NCBI GenBank assembly: GCA_028826165.1
Contig: JAPDFW010000019.1
Coordinates: forward strand, 1 to 64,000
Origin: Anaeramoeba ignava BMAN
Lineage: Eukaryota > Protista > Anaeramoebae
Reading direction: 5' to 3'
DNA: 64,000 bases
Below the pieces are notes generated by a model. It saw only the letters and a list, made by a program, of their open reading frames with translations. It was not told the DNA's origin and did not search any database. The position numbers and the translations under genes are program-made. Each line of letters opens with the position of its first letter. Position 1 is the first letter of the stretch. Below, piece by piece: positions 62,748 through 64,000 of this stretch.

Positions 62748-64000
62748 TAAAATGAAATTTAAAATGAAATTTAAAATCAAATTTAAAACAAAATTTAAAA
62801 TCAAATTTATAACAAAATTTAAAATGAAATTTAAATCAAATTTTAAAATGAAATTTAAATCAAATTTTAAAATGAAATTTATAACAAAATTTAAAATGAA
62901 ATTTAAAATTAAATTTATAACAAAATTTAAAACGAAATTTAAAATAAAATTTAAAATAAAATTTAAAATGAAATTTATAATGAAATTTATAACAAAATTT
63001 ATAACAAAATTTAAAATGAAATTTATAACAAAATTTATAATGAAATTTAAATCAAAATTTAAAATGAAATTTATAATGAAATTTAAAATCAAAATTTAAA
63101 ATGAAATTTAAAATGAAATTTAAAATGAAATTTAAAATGAAATTTAAAATGAAATTTAAAATGAAATTTATAATGAAATTTATAATGAAATTTATAACAA
63201 AATTTATAACAAAATTTAAAACAAAATTTAAAATGAAAATTTAAAATGAAATTTAAAATCAAATTTATAATCAAATTTAAAATAAAATTTAAAATGAAAT
63301 TTAAAACAAAATTTATAATGAAATTTATAACAAAATTTAAAATGAAATTTAAAACAAAATTTAAAATAAAATTTAAAATGAAATTTATAATGAAATTTAT
63401 AATAAAATTTAAAATGAAATTTAAAATAAAATTTATAATGAAATTTAAAACAAAATTTAAAACAAAATTTAAAATGAAATTTATAACAAAATTTAAATCA
63501 AAATTTAAAATGAAATTTATAATGAAATTTAAATCAAAATTTAAAATAATTTATAATGAAATTTAAAATGAAATTTAAAATGGGAAATTTAAAATAAAAT
63601 TTAAAATGAAATTTAAAATTTATAATGAAATTTAAAATGAAATTTAAAATGAAATTTAAAAATGAAATTTAAAATGAAATTTAAAAAAAAAAATTTAAAA
63701 TGAAAAAAAAATTTAAAATAAAATTTAAAACAAAATTTAAAAAATGAAAAATTTATAATGAAAAATTTTTGAAATAAAAAAATTTATAAAATAAAAATTT
63801 ATAAATAAAATTTAAAATCAAAATTTATAATAAAATTTAAAATGAAATTTAAATCAAAATTTAAAATAAAATTTAAAATAAAATTTTAAAATAAAATTTA
63901 AAATGAAATTTTAAAACAAAATTTATAATGAAATTTTTATATAAAATGAAATTTAAAAACAAAATTTAAAAATGAAATTTTAAAAATGAAATTTATAAAC
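62748..64000. repeat. Intronic 12-bp array (AAATTTAAAATG-type)n running off the window
   Basis: Starts immediately after the donor at 62743. Confidence 0.9.

Overview
Extremely AT-rich, intron-containing eukaryotic (protist) genomic DNA using the standard genetic code. It is not prokaryotic. BTB-TLDc and ankyrin-BTB paralogues, NQ/NE hexamer repeats and tandem TCATTT initiator-like elements suggest a metamonad such as Anaeramoeba, but this is inference only. About 18 protein genes can be reconstructed by hand with GT-AG introns: Sec24-like, three BTB-BACK-TLDc paralogues, a RasGEF with talin-head-like modules, a divergent actin, MyTH4-RhoGAP, LIM/coiled-coil, RRP41, a 2222-aa ankyrin-BTB-BTB protein, a vWA protein, a TBC RabGAP, a choline/ethanolamine phosphotransferase, an IQ-DH-PH RhoGEF, a GC-rich beta-helix/Cys-rich multipass receptor, DCN1 and two low-complexity or coiled-coil genes. 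There is also one tRNA-Arg(ACG). Almost every long intron is filled by its own short-period tandem repeat, and two ~145 bp and ~162 bp satellites abut promoters. The best candidate for an undescribed system is a diversifying set of putative Cullin-3 adaptors: BTB-BACK-TLDc copies with a near-identical scaffold but mosaic hypervariable TLDc loops, duplicated as satellite+gene cassettes next to a tRNA, plus a modular ankyrin-BTB array. Several frameshifts lie in homopolymers and probably reflect long-read errors. All coordinates and composition values were read by eye.
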